64,000 bases of DNA from the human T2T-CHM13v2.0 reference genome, Homo sapiens: assembly GCF_009914755.1 (NCBI RefSeq), contig NC_060942.1, one strand, 5' to 3'. Below are positions 13,100 through 28,670 of this stretch, piece by piece; position 1 is the first letter of the stretch, and the number at the start of each line of letters is the position of its first letter. Made by a program: the position numbers and the translations under genes. The notes under the pieces were generated by a model that did no database searches, was not told the origin of the DNA, and saw only the letters and a program-made list of their open reading frames with translations.

Positions 13100-13400
13100 A
13101 AAAATTATCTATTATGTGTCAGGCATTGTCTCAGACCTGCTGCTGAGAAACACTCAGACCTTGCTCTCAGACAGTTCACATTATAGTGAGGGAGATACAA
13201 ACAGAGCCATTTGCAGTTCTGGGTGGCCAACAGCCAACGAGTGTGCAAGATGTAATGATGGAGACAGAAGAGGGTGACTGACTCAACAAGGAAGTCAGAG
13301 AAAAAATGTCCCGGAGGAAGTGATGCTTGAACTGAATCCTGAAGAATAAGATGGTGAGGAAGGGGCAGCAGAAGGTGAGCAAGAGAGCCACCTGAGGCCA
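13100..13400 (-). mobile_element. L2 LINE fragment
   Basis: CTATTATGTGTCAGGCATTG..GGAAGTCAGAG..GGAGGAAGTGATGCTTGAACTGAATCCTGAAG. Confidence 0.65.
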
Positions 13401-16400
13401 GCAACAATTGGATATCAGGCTCAAAAATGTGAGATTGGAGCTTTGTCAACCTCTCTTGCTCTGAGCCAGTTGTGGGGTCAGGGCTGGGCTTGAACACATA
13501 GTGGCAGTGACAATCAGAATCCAGGGACCCCAGCAATAGGGATGAGGAGAGATGGGACTGGGTCTAGCAGTAGCTGCAGACAGTCCCAATGTCTGTGTCG
13601 CACCCTACACCCAGGCTCTCTGCAGCTTGTGCCATGACTCTCCCTTCAGACTGGGAATTCCTGAGTCATACAGTCAATGCTGGCCAATGGCCTTAGCAAA
13701 GCCCCGGGATCTCTTTACTGGAAATGGTTTCACAATTTTCCCATACAGATGGTGTCCTGAAGGGACAACTGAGTGTGAGTGTATCATTCGCTGCATTTTT
13801 CATATGTAGGGGATAGGGGAGGGGAGAGAGAGAGAAAATATCAGGAAATGTGTATATTTATCCTAGCCTGGCCTTAAGAAAACACAGCTACCAATCCATC
13901 AAAAATGAATTTGAGTTTGGATAACATTAGTGTTTAAGGTGATGCTCTTCTCTTGTATTGATTCTCTGTGGGTTGAAATGGAAACAATTTTAGAAATGTA
14001 GTCTTAGGTTTCCTTAATCTGCGTGGCTCAGGGAGGAAAAGCCTGTTGTCACTCGTGCTAATAACCACAAGAAACACAGTTCTAAAGTGCTTAGCTGGAA
14101 AATGAATTCCAGAAGCCATCCCTGGTCCTGATTCCAGGGAATTTGTTTCCTAAAAATTCAGCCCTTTTCTTTCCTTCAAGAGAGTTTCCTTATAAGGTAT
14201 GGCCATTTGTGAAGGAGAAACTAACATGCAGAGTTGAGGATTCCCAGAAAGGGAAGAGTCAGCATGAGGTAGGGTCTTAATTGCTCAGTGATGGGGTGAC
14301 AGCAGGGGGTTGCTTGTGCAACTGACTTTGGGAGCCCAAGGGAGACCTCAGCCTCCCACCATTCAAAATAAGTATCTGCTTGAAGTTTTATTATGATATA
14401 CTTTTATTTTAGGTCAAGATATTGGGGTTACCTCTTCAAATGTGTATGAAGTTTGGCTGTCTTAGCAAGAACTAGGCATCATTAGCATTAATTGCTTCTC
14501 AGGGTCCTGAGGTGGAGGATCAGTTGGGTAGACAGCAGGGGAGGCAGAAAAACTCGTAGCATGGGGCACTGCAAGTGGAAGAGAGACAAGGGTGGAGCCA
14601 GTGAGAGACAGAGAGAACTCATGGGGTGTCTGGGTTTGGTGTCTAAAAGGCAGAGGTGAGGATGGCTACCCCCAAAAGGGAGCACTGGTCCTGCTAAAGA
14701 AAGGCATGTCTGTTTGTAATTTGGGCTGAGCTTCCTAAGGACCCAGCATTTGAGGCCTTGTGCCTCAACCCTTTTCGTCAAAGAGGGAAAGGTAGTGAGG
14801 TCACAATCGCTTTTGCCTTTAGAGAACTTGAGCAATGAGGTGGTACCTGATTGAGAACGGAAGCCAACCACCTTCTTTCTCAGCCTGCTATGTGGTCTTT
14901 TTGCCTCTGGCAATTAATAAAGCCCTTGTGGGTTTTTGCATAAATATGGGCTGTATTTGCATAAAATGTAGGCACAGTTTGCAGTGTCCCCTGGGGGAGC
15001 AATACATCCTGTGGCCTATTCCCTGTTTGTCACCTGAGGTTTGTCACTTTGTATGTCTTTTCCCTCACATCCACCCACTTGTCCTGACCTAGATCTGGGA
15101 GACCGGAGCATGAAAGGAGGTTGAAGGGTGAGGATGAGTGGCCCTGTCTTCTGGGCTACCAAGATGGGTCCGCATCCTGCCTTCCTCAGAGAGGCCTTCC
15201 TCTTCCTCTTTCCAGGCTCTATCAGTCCTTGCATATAGCCATGTATTCCTAAGTAACACCTTCCTTTTCATCCTAAGTAATTTGCCTCTGACATCTCCTT
15301 CAGCAACCTGCATTGGGCACAGCCTGTGTGCATGACTCAGCTCTACAGGATGTATCAAAGAGACGTATACCTAGGAACATGCAGAGGCCTGGCCTCCTTG
15401 AACCTTTGCCAGGAGGCCAGAGCTGTAAGGAATGGGCCTCTCCTGTACATTGTTCAGACTCTTTAAGGTGAAATTGCAGATGCTCAGTTGACATCAAGAG
15501 TTTGAGTTTATACCAAGTGAGGCCACAACAGGCACAGGCAGGACCTCCTAGAAACAGGAAATCAGGAGGACAGGGCCATGCCAGGGCTGTGATGGAGTTG
15601 GGGCCTGAGAGGCTTTCAGAATCCAGCCCAACTCTAGTGCCCAGGATATCTTGGAGCCCTCTTAGAAGCAGAAGCTCACAGTCTCCTATTCTTTCCATTA
15701 AAGACAAGCTGCCTCCTACTATTCTTACCTGACTTAAAAATTTCTGTTTACTTGTAGCTTCTGCTCATTTGGGCAAATCTAAGTCTAAAAGCCTTTGCAG
15801 ATTGCTACTTTTGGCATGATTTCTGTGGTTCCACTATCAACTGGTTTACTTTCTCCCCATTAAAAAATTTCCAACAAAGAAAATAAAATGTTTCCAGCTG
15901 GGCACCATTGTCTCTATTTGGTCACAATGAAAATGCCTATTTCTTCAAAGTCTGGTTGCTAAGATAGAGGCTGGTTTCCTTAAATGCCACTTTGGATCTG
16001 ATGTAATCAGCTGTGGCAGAGGGTGGGGGGACCTATGTGGGAAGATCCCTTGGAAGCGGTGGTGGGCACGGGAGGCATCCCAAACCTTAGCCTGATCCAT
16101 ATGCCTGGTTGGCTAAAGTGACAGCAACTTCTGTAGTAGTCAGAGTCAGTGATCATTTACTTACTGTGCTGAGGAGACTTAGATGGTTCCCTGTATCTAA
16201 CACTGCAGTCTTCTTCTGGCTTGTCCATCTGTCGTACTGGCTGAGGGCTTCTGATATCTAGAGCAATGCTCAGTACATCCTCAATATCCAATAATGATTT
16301 GTGGAATAAGTAAGTGTATGCTGCCTAGATTAGCATGGAAACATCTCCTTTTCACTCACCTAGATTATAAGCAAATTTAGAGTAGGAACCCTATGTGAAA

Positions 16401-17297
16401 AAATCTACAATACTTAAGGACCAGGCACACAGTTGGAGGTTATTAAATGCTTACTGATTTACTGCTTGGTAAATAAACAGAAAAGCATAAAAAAGATATT
16501 AGAGGGTATGGCCTACCAGCCATTCCAACTGGGGACTTTTGGAGGACTTTGGGCCAGCTTGTCTGGTATTAATGGTATATATTTATAATTAGGCCGTTGA
16601 GTGAGGAAACTGGGCATATGTGATAAGAAACTGAATAAAGTGTTATTCTAGGAGCTTCGTGAGCAGAGCACAGACTCACTTCACTATAAGGAAAAAAGAA
16701 TGATCTTCTTAAACCTCATTAACTCAAACTCTACTAATTTAGAATTAGCAATCACTCAGACCCACAGAGCTGAATTTTACTGTTGCACTTTGAAAAGTGT
16801 ATCTGTAAAGTCAGTGAGCAGTGTCAGAAGGGAAACAGGGGTGAGGGATTCAGCTGGTTATTGATCACCAATCATAGGTCCAGTACAAGTGCTCAGGAAA
16901 CCCTCCCTGATCTGCTTGTTATCCTTGTTGAGACCCAGGGTGCCTTTTGTGCATGTGGCCCTCCATCATAACCCTTAGCACAATGCATCGTAAATAATCC
17001 TACAACAGATGGGAACTCCTTGAAGATGATGCCCCCAGTTCCTTTTCTCTGCATCCCCAGCTCAAAGCCTGCATAAATAAATGTTTGTCCACAGAAACGG
17101 TCTTTACATAAAAATGATTACTATGTTTATTACAAACACATATTATCCTAGGTTGAAGGTTTTATAGATTTTAGCCAAGTCCTGAACAAATTGTTCTCCC
17201 AGACCTAGTATTACCACTGTAGAGTAAAGGCTGAAAAGGCAACTTCATAAGAAGCTTAAAGACAATTGATTTTGATAGTTAATTTATTGGTAATTAG

Positions 17298-17409
17298 GCA
17301 TTTATTCACTCATTCATTCATTTATTTACTCACTTCCTCACTCTGGGATCACAGGTTGTAAAGAACAAAATGAATGAGTAAATAAATGAATGAATGATTG
17401 AATGAATGC
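17298..17409. repeat. Inverted repeat with 35-bp arms (33/35 match) and a 42-nt spacer, built from CATT/AATG units
   Basis: 17298-17332 is the reverse complement of 17375-17409 with 2 mismatches. Confidence 0.9.
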
Positions 17410-19617
17410 TGTACGGCTTATCTCACTGTGATTCAGGTTCTTCTCCTCATATTGTGACCAGGTTGCCTCCTGGTGGGACCGGGTGTAGAGATGGAAGCTG
17501 TGATAGGATTTGGTGGGCTGCACAGGCCTGGCTACAGCTGGAACCCAGCTAGGTGGAAGGACAGCTCTGAATGAGCAAACCTAAGGTCGGGGGAGGGGAA
17601 ATCTCAGCTTTGCAGGAGAAACTTTTATGGTGAGTGCTGAGGAGCACTCACTGATGGTGCCCTGGCAAGTGGTCATCCTCAGAAAAGTCCTAGAAGGGGC
17701 ATAGAGTGTCTCAAAAAGAGGAGGATATCAAGTGTTGGCAACTTGGATCTGGCCAGTAAGTGGCATCCCAGGAACATTGTTAGATCCTGTGTTCCTTGCC
17801 TTATACACACAGAGATGCTGCAGTTAAAGGGTAGGTGAAAAGGAGCAATATGGAGCCCCAGTCCTAGAGGGTTTAGAAAACAGAACATGTCTTTAGGAAC
17901 ACAGAAAAGGATGGATGAGTTTCTAAGAATTGAAGTGAGTATTATTTGGTCACAGGAATGAGACAGTAGCCCAGTTACTAGTGCTGAGACATGAAGCCAC
18001 AGCCAGATGGGGGCAGAGGCAACTTGAAAGTGGATCCTCTGGGTATCAATCTATGTCTTTCAATTCCCTTTGCTAGTAATATGTCTTTAGAGAAAGGGTA
18101 GTTGTGGGTGTGAGTGTGGGCAGAGGTCTCTCTGGAGTCAGAGGATAGTATAGGATTCCTGGGTGTCAGATGTGGGACACTACCAAAATAGGTGGACTAG
18201 ATAATTTGAGACCAACTCTTCTGCTGAGGATTAGAAAAGATAAAAACAACAACAATAACAAAAACAAGTTGCCTGAAGGCATTGGAAATCTAACAAAGTA
18301 GTAAAGCATTTCTCAGGAGATCAAAATATAGAGGTGTAAATACTAGCAAATCACCCTTAACTTGGATTGGGACTCTAAAATGCTATACCCTAGTAATACA
18401 GGTGAATCAGAAGTAAACACACCCTCTCAAGACTCTATCCTAGCTCGAATCACTAGGTGGGGCAGAAATTTCCAATATCTGAAAGTGAATTAAGGTAATC
18501 CAAGGTTGTTATTGTCCTCAGAAGTATGACAAAAGTAAGTGGAAATAGCTTCTGGCAGAAGATAATTCCATTCTATGTCTCAAATCAGTTCTATAATTTT
18601 TTTTTCAAATGTATTGTTTGGCATGCAATCAAAGATAACCAGACATATAAGGAAAAAAACCCAAATGAACAAGAACTTGCCTAAAGAAAGACCCACAGAG
18701 TCTCCAGGTATTGGAAATGTTACCCATTTTAAAATAACAATATATACTATAGATTCTAAAATAATATATACTATTTTCAAGCAATTAAAAACAAGATGGA
18801 AGTTTTGGCAGAGATCAAGAAACCATAAATTTGATATATCAGATTTCAAAAACTAGTTCCATAAAAAGCATATGAATAAAAACACATGGAATGGTTTATT
18901 TAAAGAATAGACATAGCTGAAAAGGGAGTTAGTTAACTGGAATATAGGTCAGAAGAAAATATCTCAAATGAAGCCAAATCATATGAAAGGTGGGAAAAAA
19001 AATGGCAAAGAGGGTAAAAAACAGAGAAAACAGTGATAAGTTCTATCATAAGTTTAATTCAAGTCCCAGAAAAGGAAGAGAGAGAATGGAGCAGAAGAAC
19101 TATTGAAGAAATAATATCTGAGACATTTCTAACAATGTTAAAATATTAAGCCAAGACTTAAAACTGCTATGACACATAAGCAAAAATTAAAACCCCACCT
19201 AGTCCACCATTTTAAAATTGCATAAAATCAAAGACAAAAGAAATCTGTAAAAGCAGTCATGATTGAAAAATAGGTTGCTTTTAAAGTGCAACAATTAGAC
19301 TGATGAGTAACCCTTTTCAGTAGAAAAAAAATGCTGAAAGACAATACAATGATATTTTTAATGTGTTGAAAAAATAACTGCCCATTTAGAATTTTATCTC
19401 CTGAAAAAATATCATTTAGAAATGAGGGTAAAATAAAGATACTTTTGGACAAACAAAAGGAAATCTGTCATCAGTGATCTTATACTAAATAAAAAGCTAA
19501 GGGCATTCTTCAAGCAGAAGAAAAATGAGCTCACATGAGAAAAATGAGGTGTAGGAAGGATTAAAAAATAAAAAATAAGAAATATACAATTAAACCTAAA
19601 TGACCATTGATTTTTTT

Positions 19618-19890
19618 GAAAATTTTCTATGGCCTACATTTATTTTTACCTGGACACCAAATAGGATGGGTCTTTTCCAGTTGTTCTATTTAATTGAGCA
19701 ATTAGAATTAAAGATCAGCATTTTCCTTGATGAGTTTTCATGTAACTACATTAACCCTACTCTTTAAATTGGTGTTCAATGGACCTATTCTCACTGATGG
19801 CAGCAAAGTCACAAGTAAAGTCATTGTTACATTCCCTTCTTAGAGAGCTAGATACGGCTACTTTAAAGTTTGTTTTACATTGCTAACGAG
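19618..19890 (-). other. Putative L1 3'-transduced segment (273 bp) with its own AATAAA
   Basis: Lies between two T-runs (19611-19617, 19891-19900) inside the TSD pair; TTTATT at 19639-19644. Confidence 0.75.
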
Positions 19891-22776
<2,886 letters not shown>

Positions 22777-23851
22777 CTATTGATTTTATAAAGCAATAAT
22801 AATATTGCCTTCTGGGGTTTAAAATTAAAATAGAAGCAAAATAAATAAAAACTGGTATATATATTAAGAGAGGAATAAATACAATTATAATTCTCTAACG
22901 TCTTTTTCTTTTCCCGAACAAGCTTCCAATTAACATTAGACTTTGATAAGCTAAAGATGTAAATTCAGCTTTTAGTTTAACCACTAAGAGAATAGAAAAA
23001 TAAATGTCTAATCAGCCAATGAATACATAACCATCCCCTAAAAAGAAAGTTAAAAAAGTCAAACCATGAGAGAAATGAAAGAGAGAAAAATGAAACATAG
23101 AATAAGAGAGACAAAGTATAAACACATAGTAAAGTGGTGGATTTAAACATACATATATCAATAATTGCATTAAATGTAAATGGACTAAATATTCCAAATG
23201 AAAGACAAAGATTGTCAGACAGGGTTAAAAAACTCAATTATATTTGTTTTTTGAGATGTACAACTAAAACATAATGATATCAAAAAGTTAAAAGGAAGGA
23301 AATATGTGTTATATTAAGATTAGAAAAAGTAGGCTTAAAGGCAAAAATGTTATTAGAGACAGTAAGAATTTCTTAGTGATAAAAGATTCAACTTACTGGG
23401 AAAAAATAACAATTCTGCCTTTAAATACAGCTAAAATATGACCTTAAACTAGAGTAAAAATGGACAAATCTAAAAGGAGAAATGAGCAAATCTATTCTCA
23501 TAATATGTATTTTAGCTTACCTCGCTCATTAACTGAGAAAACAAACAGAAAAGAAAATGAGTGGGATATTAAAGGTTTTTTAAAATATTAATGTTTACAT
23601 AAAAATACATAAATGTGTGTGTGTGTATATGTGTATGGCACACTGCAGTTAACTATAGAATGTACATTCTTTTCAAGCACACAAAAGCATTGATAGAGTT
23701 TGACTACGTTCTGAGTCATCAAACAAATCCCAACATTTCAGAGCATTGAAATCATATAGACTATGTTCTCTGATAAAAACACAAATAATCCAGACAAATA
23801 AAATGATAACTAGAAAAATCTTCATTTGATTAGACATTAAGAAATGTGCTT

Positions 23852-24121
23852 TCAAACCAAATACCACATGTTCTCACTTATTAGTGGGAGCTAAATAATG
23901 AGAACACATGGACATATAGAGGGGAACAACACACACTGGGGCCTATTGCAGGGTGGGGGGTTAGAGGAGGGAGAGGATCAGGAAAAATAACTAGTGAGTA
24001 AGTACTAGGCTTAATACCTGGGTGATGAAATAATCTGTACAACAAACCCCCATGACACAAGTCTACCTATGTAACAAACCTGCAATTGTGTCTCTGAACT
24101 TAAAGGTTAAAAAAAGAAAGA
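23852..24121 (+). mobile_element. Short 3' end of an older primate L1 (L1PA13-16-like) with TSD
   Basis: CATGTTCTCACTTATTAGTGGGAGCTAAAT..GGATCAGGAAAAATAACT..ACAAACCCCCATGACACAAG plus A tail; TSD AAGAAATGT(G/A)CTT at 23839-23851 and 24122-24134. Confidence 0.9.
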
Positions 24122-27100
24122 AAGAAATGTACTTCTAGATAACCCACTGTTCAAGGAAGAAGTCACAAAGCACAATAGCAAATACTTGAAACTGGAGTAT
24201 AATAAATATAAAATACATCAAGAGTTGTAGAGTATGGCAAAAGAAGTACTTACTGGGGAAATCTTATGCCCGTAAATGTGTATATTAGAAAAAAAAGAAA
24301 GGCTGAAAATAATATAAGCATCCATTTTAAAAGTTAGAAACACAATTTCAAAATGAACACAAAGAATGTAAAAGGAATAAAATAATAAAGATAAAACAGA
24401 AAACATAAAACTAAAAATAATCACACAAAATAGGGGATCATTGGAAATAAAAAAATCAGCCTTTGAAAAGGATATAATAACTGATAAACTCCTGATGGGA
24501 TTAATCATGAAAAAAGAGAAAGGTCACAAATAACAAAAAAGGGACTCTTATCATGGATCTAATTAACATAAAAAAGAAAAAAGTAGTATATTATAAATTT
24601 GAAAATTTATTTGAAATGACAAATATTTAGAAAAAGCCATCTACTAAACATAAAAAGAAATTGAAAATTCAAATTGCTAATAAATACATTAGTTAATAAA
24701 TTAATTTGTAATTTCCCCAAAAGGAAAACTTCTCAAACATTATTTCTCTAGCAAATTTTCCCAAATATGTATAATAAGAAAGAAATAGTAGTGATTTTAA
24801 CCAAACTCTTCTTAGAGGGACAAAATAAGAGAAACATTTTCTAACTTGTTTATGAGGCCATCATAAATGTGACACTAAAACCTGTAAAAAATAAAAGAAA
24901 GAAATATTACAAGTCAGTGCCTCTCCTGAACATTTGGACAAAAATTATAAATAAGATAATAGCAAACCAAAATCCAACAATATGTAGAAAAAATAATTTG
25001 TCATCTCTCATGTGAATTTATTCTGTGAATACAGAATTGATTCAATTTCTGAAAATAAATTAATAGATTTCACCACATTAGTAGAATACACTAGAAAAAA
25101 ATTATTTTTATAGGTACAGGAAAAATGTCTGATAAAAGTTATGATAAAAAGTCTTTATCAAACTAGGAATAAGTATAAACTTCCTTGTAATGAAGGGTAA
25201 TCTTTCTGATAAAGAGTATGTACAAGAACCACATCTTTAATAATTCTTTCATAGAAATGTTGACAGATTTTGTTTTTGAGATTATGACTAAGACCAAGGT
25301 ACTCACTATTATCATTTCTATTGAACATTATATTGCATGTCCTAGGCAATGCATCAAGAAAAGTTGAAAAATAAATATTATTTGAATTGGAAAGCAAGAG
25401 ATAAAATTGTAAGTATTTATATATTGGTTATATTATTTTGTATGTAAAAATATCTCAACAAATTTACAGATAAGTTACTAGCATTTACAAGTGAGTTTAG
25501 CACTTTTTTAAATAAACGGTATTCAAAAACCAATTGATTTTTAAATACCAGGTATAAATAATTACAAAATAAAATTTAAAATATAGCACTTATTATAGCA
25601 TCAAAATATAACATAAAATACTAAGAATAAATCTAAAAAAAGTAAGATGTAAATTATGCTAAGAATAGACAATACACTCTTGAAGAAGATTTATTCTGTT
25701 GAATATTAAGATTTATTTTAAGGTTATAAAAATTAAGATAGTATAGTATTATAGTAATAATAGGTTAATAGATGCAGACCCATGCAAGTATTATTTGATT
25801 TATGACAAATACAGCACCTGTTGCAGTGGGCAAAGGATGGTGTTTTGAATAAATGCTTTGGGAACAAAATAGATCTCCATATAATTAAAAAAATTTTCAC
25901 CCCTACTTAACACTATTCCAAAAAAACCATATAGATTGTGTATATAATTGTAAATTTTAAATTTACAACTTATAAATTGTAAAAATTGTGTATACAATTA
26001 ATATATTAAATATTAATAGTATATAATTGTAAAAGGCAAAACAGTAAATCTTATGAAAGACAAGATAGAGAGTATCTTCATAATTGCAGAAGAGGGGAAG
26101 ATTTTTAAACAGGAAACAAACAACACCAATCATAAAGAAAAAGGTTGTCAATTTATCTATATTCAACTGTAGAATTTTTATCATCAAAATAAATCCTCCA
26201 GAGAGTGAAGATGCAACCCTGGGAGGGACAGATATATATAATACATATAAGTAACAAAAAATATTGTTTCTAGAATAAAGTACTCTACAGATCAATAAAA
26301 GAAGATAGTGCAATAGAAAAATGGGCAAGAGACTTAAACAGGGATCCCACACAAAAACAATGTGTTCACATGGCAATGTGTCCACCTTCATTAATAATCA
26401 GAAATAATGAGAAATATGAACATTAAAACCACAATGAGATAACACTACATAACAATAGGATAGGAATTTTAAAAGCCTGTTAATGACAAGTTTTCATGAG
26501 ACTGCAGAGCAATCAGAGCTTTTGTACACCACTGGTGAGAGTATAAACTGACACAACAATGTTGGAAAATTACACTTCCCAAAGCTGAAGATATACAAGC
26601 CCTATGACTTACCAATTTTATTCCTAAGTGTACAGTCAGCACAAATTCATGCACACATATGCCAAGAGATGATTTGCAATAGCTTAAGCTGGTAACAACT
26701 CAAATATCCATTATTGATAGAATGGATATATAAAATGTGGTCTCTTCAGATACAGGCATACTATACAACAATGAAAATGGGCAAATAACTGCAACATGCA
26801 AAACATAGATGAATTTTACAAACTAAACATTAAGCCAATGAATCCAAACACAGAAGAATACATGTGTGATTCCTTGTATATAAGGAACAGGCAAAATTAA
26901 ACTATAGTGTTCAGGAATACAAATTTGTTGATAAGATTATAAGGAAAACCAAATCAAACAGGAATGCTTAGACAGGTTTTTACGTTGACCTGGGTAGTAG
27001 TTACACGAGTGCTCATTTTGTACTTACTTACTAAAGTAGACATTTATATTTTAGGTTCTTTTCTGTACATGTGATATAATTTTGCAGTACAAAAGAGGTG

Positions 27101-27539
27101 GGTCAGAGTTGAGAGATAAACAACACTTGTCTTCTATCTCCTTTTTCTCTTCTTCCCTCTTGTCCCCATCTCCTCTTCCTTTTTTTTTTTCCTGACAATC
27201 TAGGTCTACACATTTTAGAACTCTTTTATGTAAAGGCAAAATAAATATTTTCCCCCCAATTTTTTTCCTGTTTTTACTATTTTGTTCTGCAAAGCAAAGC
27301 ATTTTGGAAGACGTGTTAAAAAGAAAGAACAGACTGAAATCATTAGTCACCTCAGGGTTTGTCTGCAGTTATGTTACCCATTCCATTAGTCTCTGCAACT
27401 GCGGGGGCAGGAGGAGCAATACTCTAGGGATTTGGAGCTCTGATGGCAGTACATAAACTCTGGCTGAGATTTTTTAAGTGCCCCTTATTCACAGTGATAT
27501 AAATAATTTGAATTCTTCTTGGATTAAGGAATATTACCT

Positions 27540-28200
27540 ACCTGCTTGTAGACATAGACAGGTCTGGTGGATGTTGCCTGGCACCTCTGCAAGGATAAAT
27601 TCATTGGCAGTCTCTTCCCTGTCTGCTCTCTGAGCCCAGGGAGAGGTGAAGTAGAGAATTTCCTCTGTGACAGGAAAAAGAGAAGAAACCAGGGAAGGTG
27701 GAGAATTGTCAGAACTGGTTTGTTGCATGTCTGACTTAGTGGAGAGAAGAAGATAGGCGGAAATGTCCTGGATTAATCTGAGGAAGGTTCTACAAAGCTG
27801 CAGGGTGTCAATGAGCCAAAGTCCATCAACAAGAGAGTCCTTTGTTTCCCAGGAGCAGGTCTTCCTTAGAATCCCGGCAACATTTAGTCACTGTGAGGAG
27901 CAGCCTTGGGGAGCTGTCAATTCAGTGTGAATGCTGAGATGAATTTCAAGTCTTAGGAGTTGGGGGCACTTGTTCTTCAAGTCGCCTGCTTGGGTTCCTT
28001 CCAAGTGTACTTTGCTTTTTTTCCTGTTTTAAAGCCTTTTAAAATAAACTTCCACTCCTGCTCTGAAACATGCCTTGGTGTCTGTTTTCTGCCTTATGTC
28101 CCTCAGGAAAATAAATAAATAAATAAATAAAATAAAATAAATAAATAAAACGTTAGGAGTTGGAGCTCTCAGTCATTTATGCTGCCTGTGAGTCTCTTAT
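27540..28200 (-). mobile_element. ERV-L LTR (LTR16-like), interrupted at 27964-28152
   Basis: Reverse strand GCTGCTCCTCACAGTGACTAAATG..CTCCTGGGAAACAAAGGACTC..GACTTTGGCTCA; host resumes after the insert. Confidence 0.55.
27964..28152 (+). mobile_element. ERV1 (MER4-group-like) LTR fragment with an A-rich tail and TSD
   Basis: CTTCCAAGTGTACTTT..AATAAACTTCCACTCCTGCTCTGAAA..CTGCCTTATG.CCCTCAG, then (AAAT)n at 28108-28150; TTAGGAGTTGG at 27953-27963 and 28153-28163. Confidence 0.7.
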
Positions 28201-28215
28201 CTTGGTATGGAAGGG

Positions 28216-28393
28216 TTTTTTTTGTTTTTTTTTTTTTTTGTTTTTTGTTTTTGTTTCTGTTTTTCCTTCCTTCCTTCCTTCCTTCCTTCCTTCCTTCCTT
28301 CTTTCCTTCCTTCTTCCTTCCTTCCTTCTTTCCTTCCTTCATTTCTTCCTTCTTTCTTTTCTTTTCTTTCTCTCTTTCTCTTTTTTTTTTTTT
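28216..28393. repeat. T-rich/(TTCC)n microsatellite derived from the Alu tail
   Basis: Seen directly; abuts the Alu 3' end. Confidence 0.9.
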
Positions 28394-28670
28394 CAGGGTC
28401 TCACGCTGTCTCCCCGGCTGAAGTGTTGTGGCATGATCTCAGGTCACTGAAATCTCTGCCTCCAGGATTCAAGTGATTCCCATGACTCAGCCTGCCTAGT
28501 AGCTGGGTTTACAGGCGCCTGCCACCACGCCTGGCTAATTTTTGTATTTTTAGTGGAGACAGGGTTTCACCATGTTGGCCAGGCTGGTCTCAAACTCCTG
28601 CCCTTAAGTGATCTACCTGCCTTGGCATCCAAAGTGCTGGGATTACAGGTTTGAGACACTGCTCCCAGCC
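28394..28670 (-). mobile_element. Alu (AluJb/Sz-like)
   Basis: Full antisense Alu dimer; TGGAAG TSD remnants at 28208 and 28671. Confidence 0.95.
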
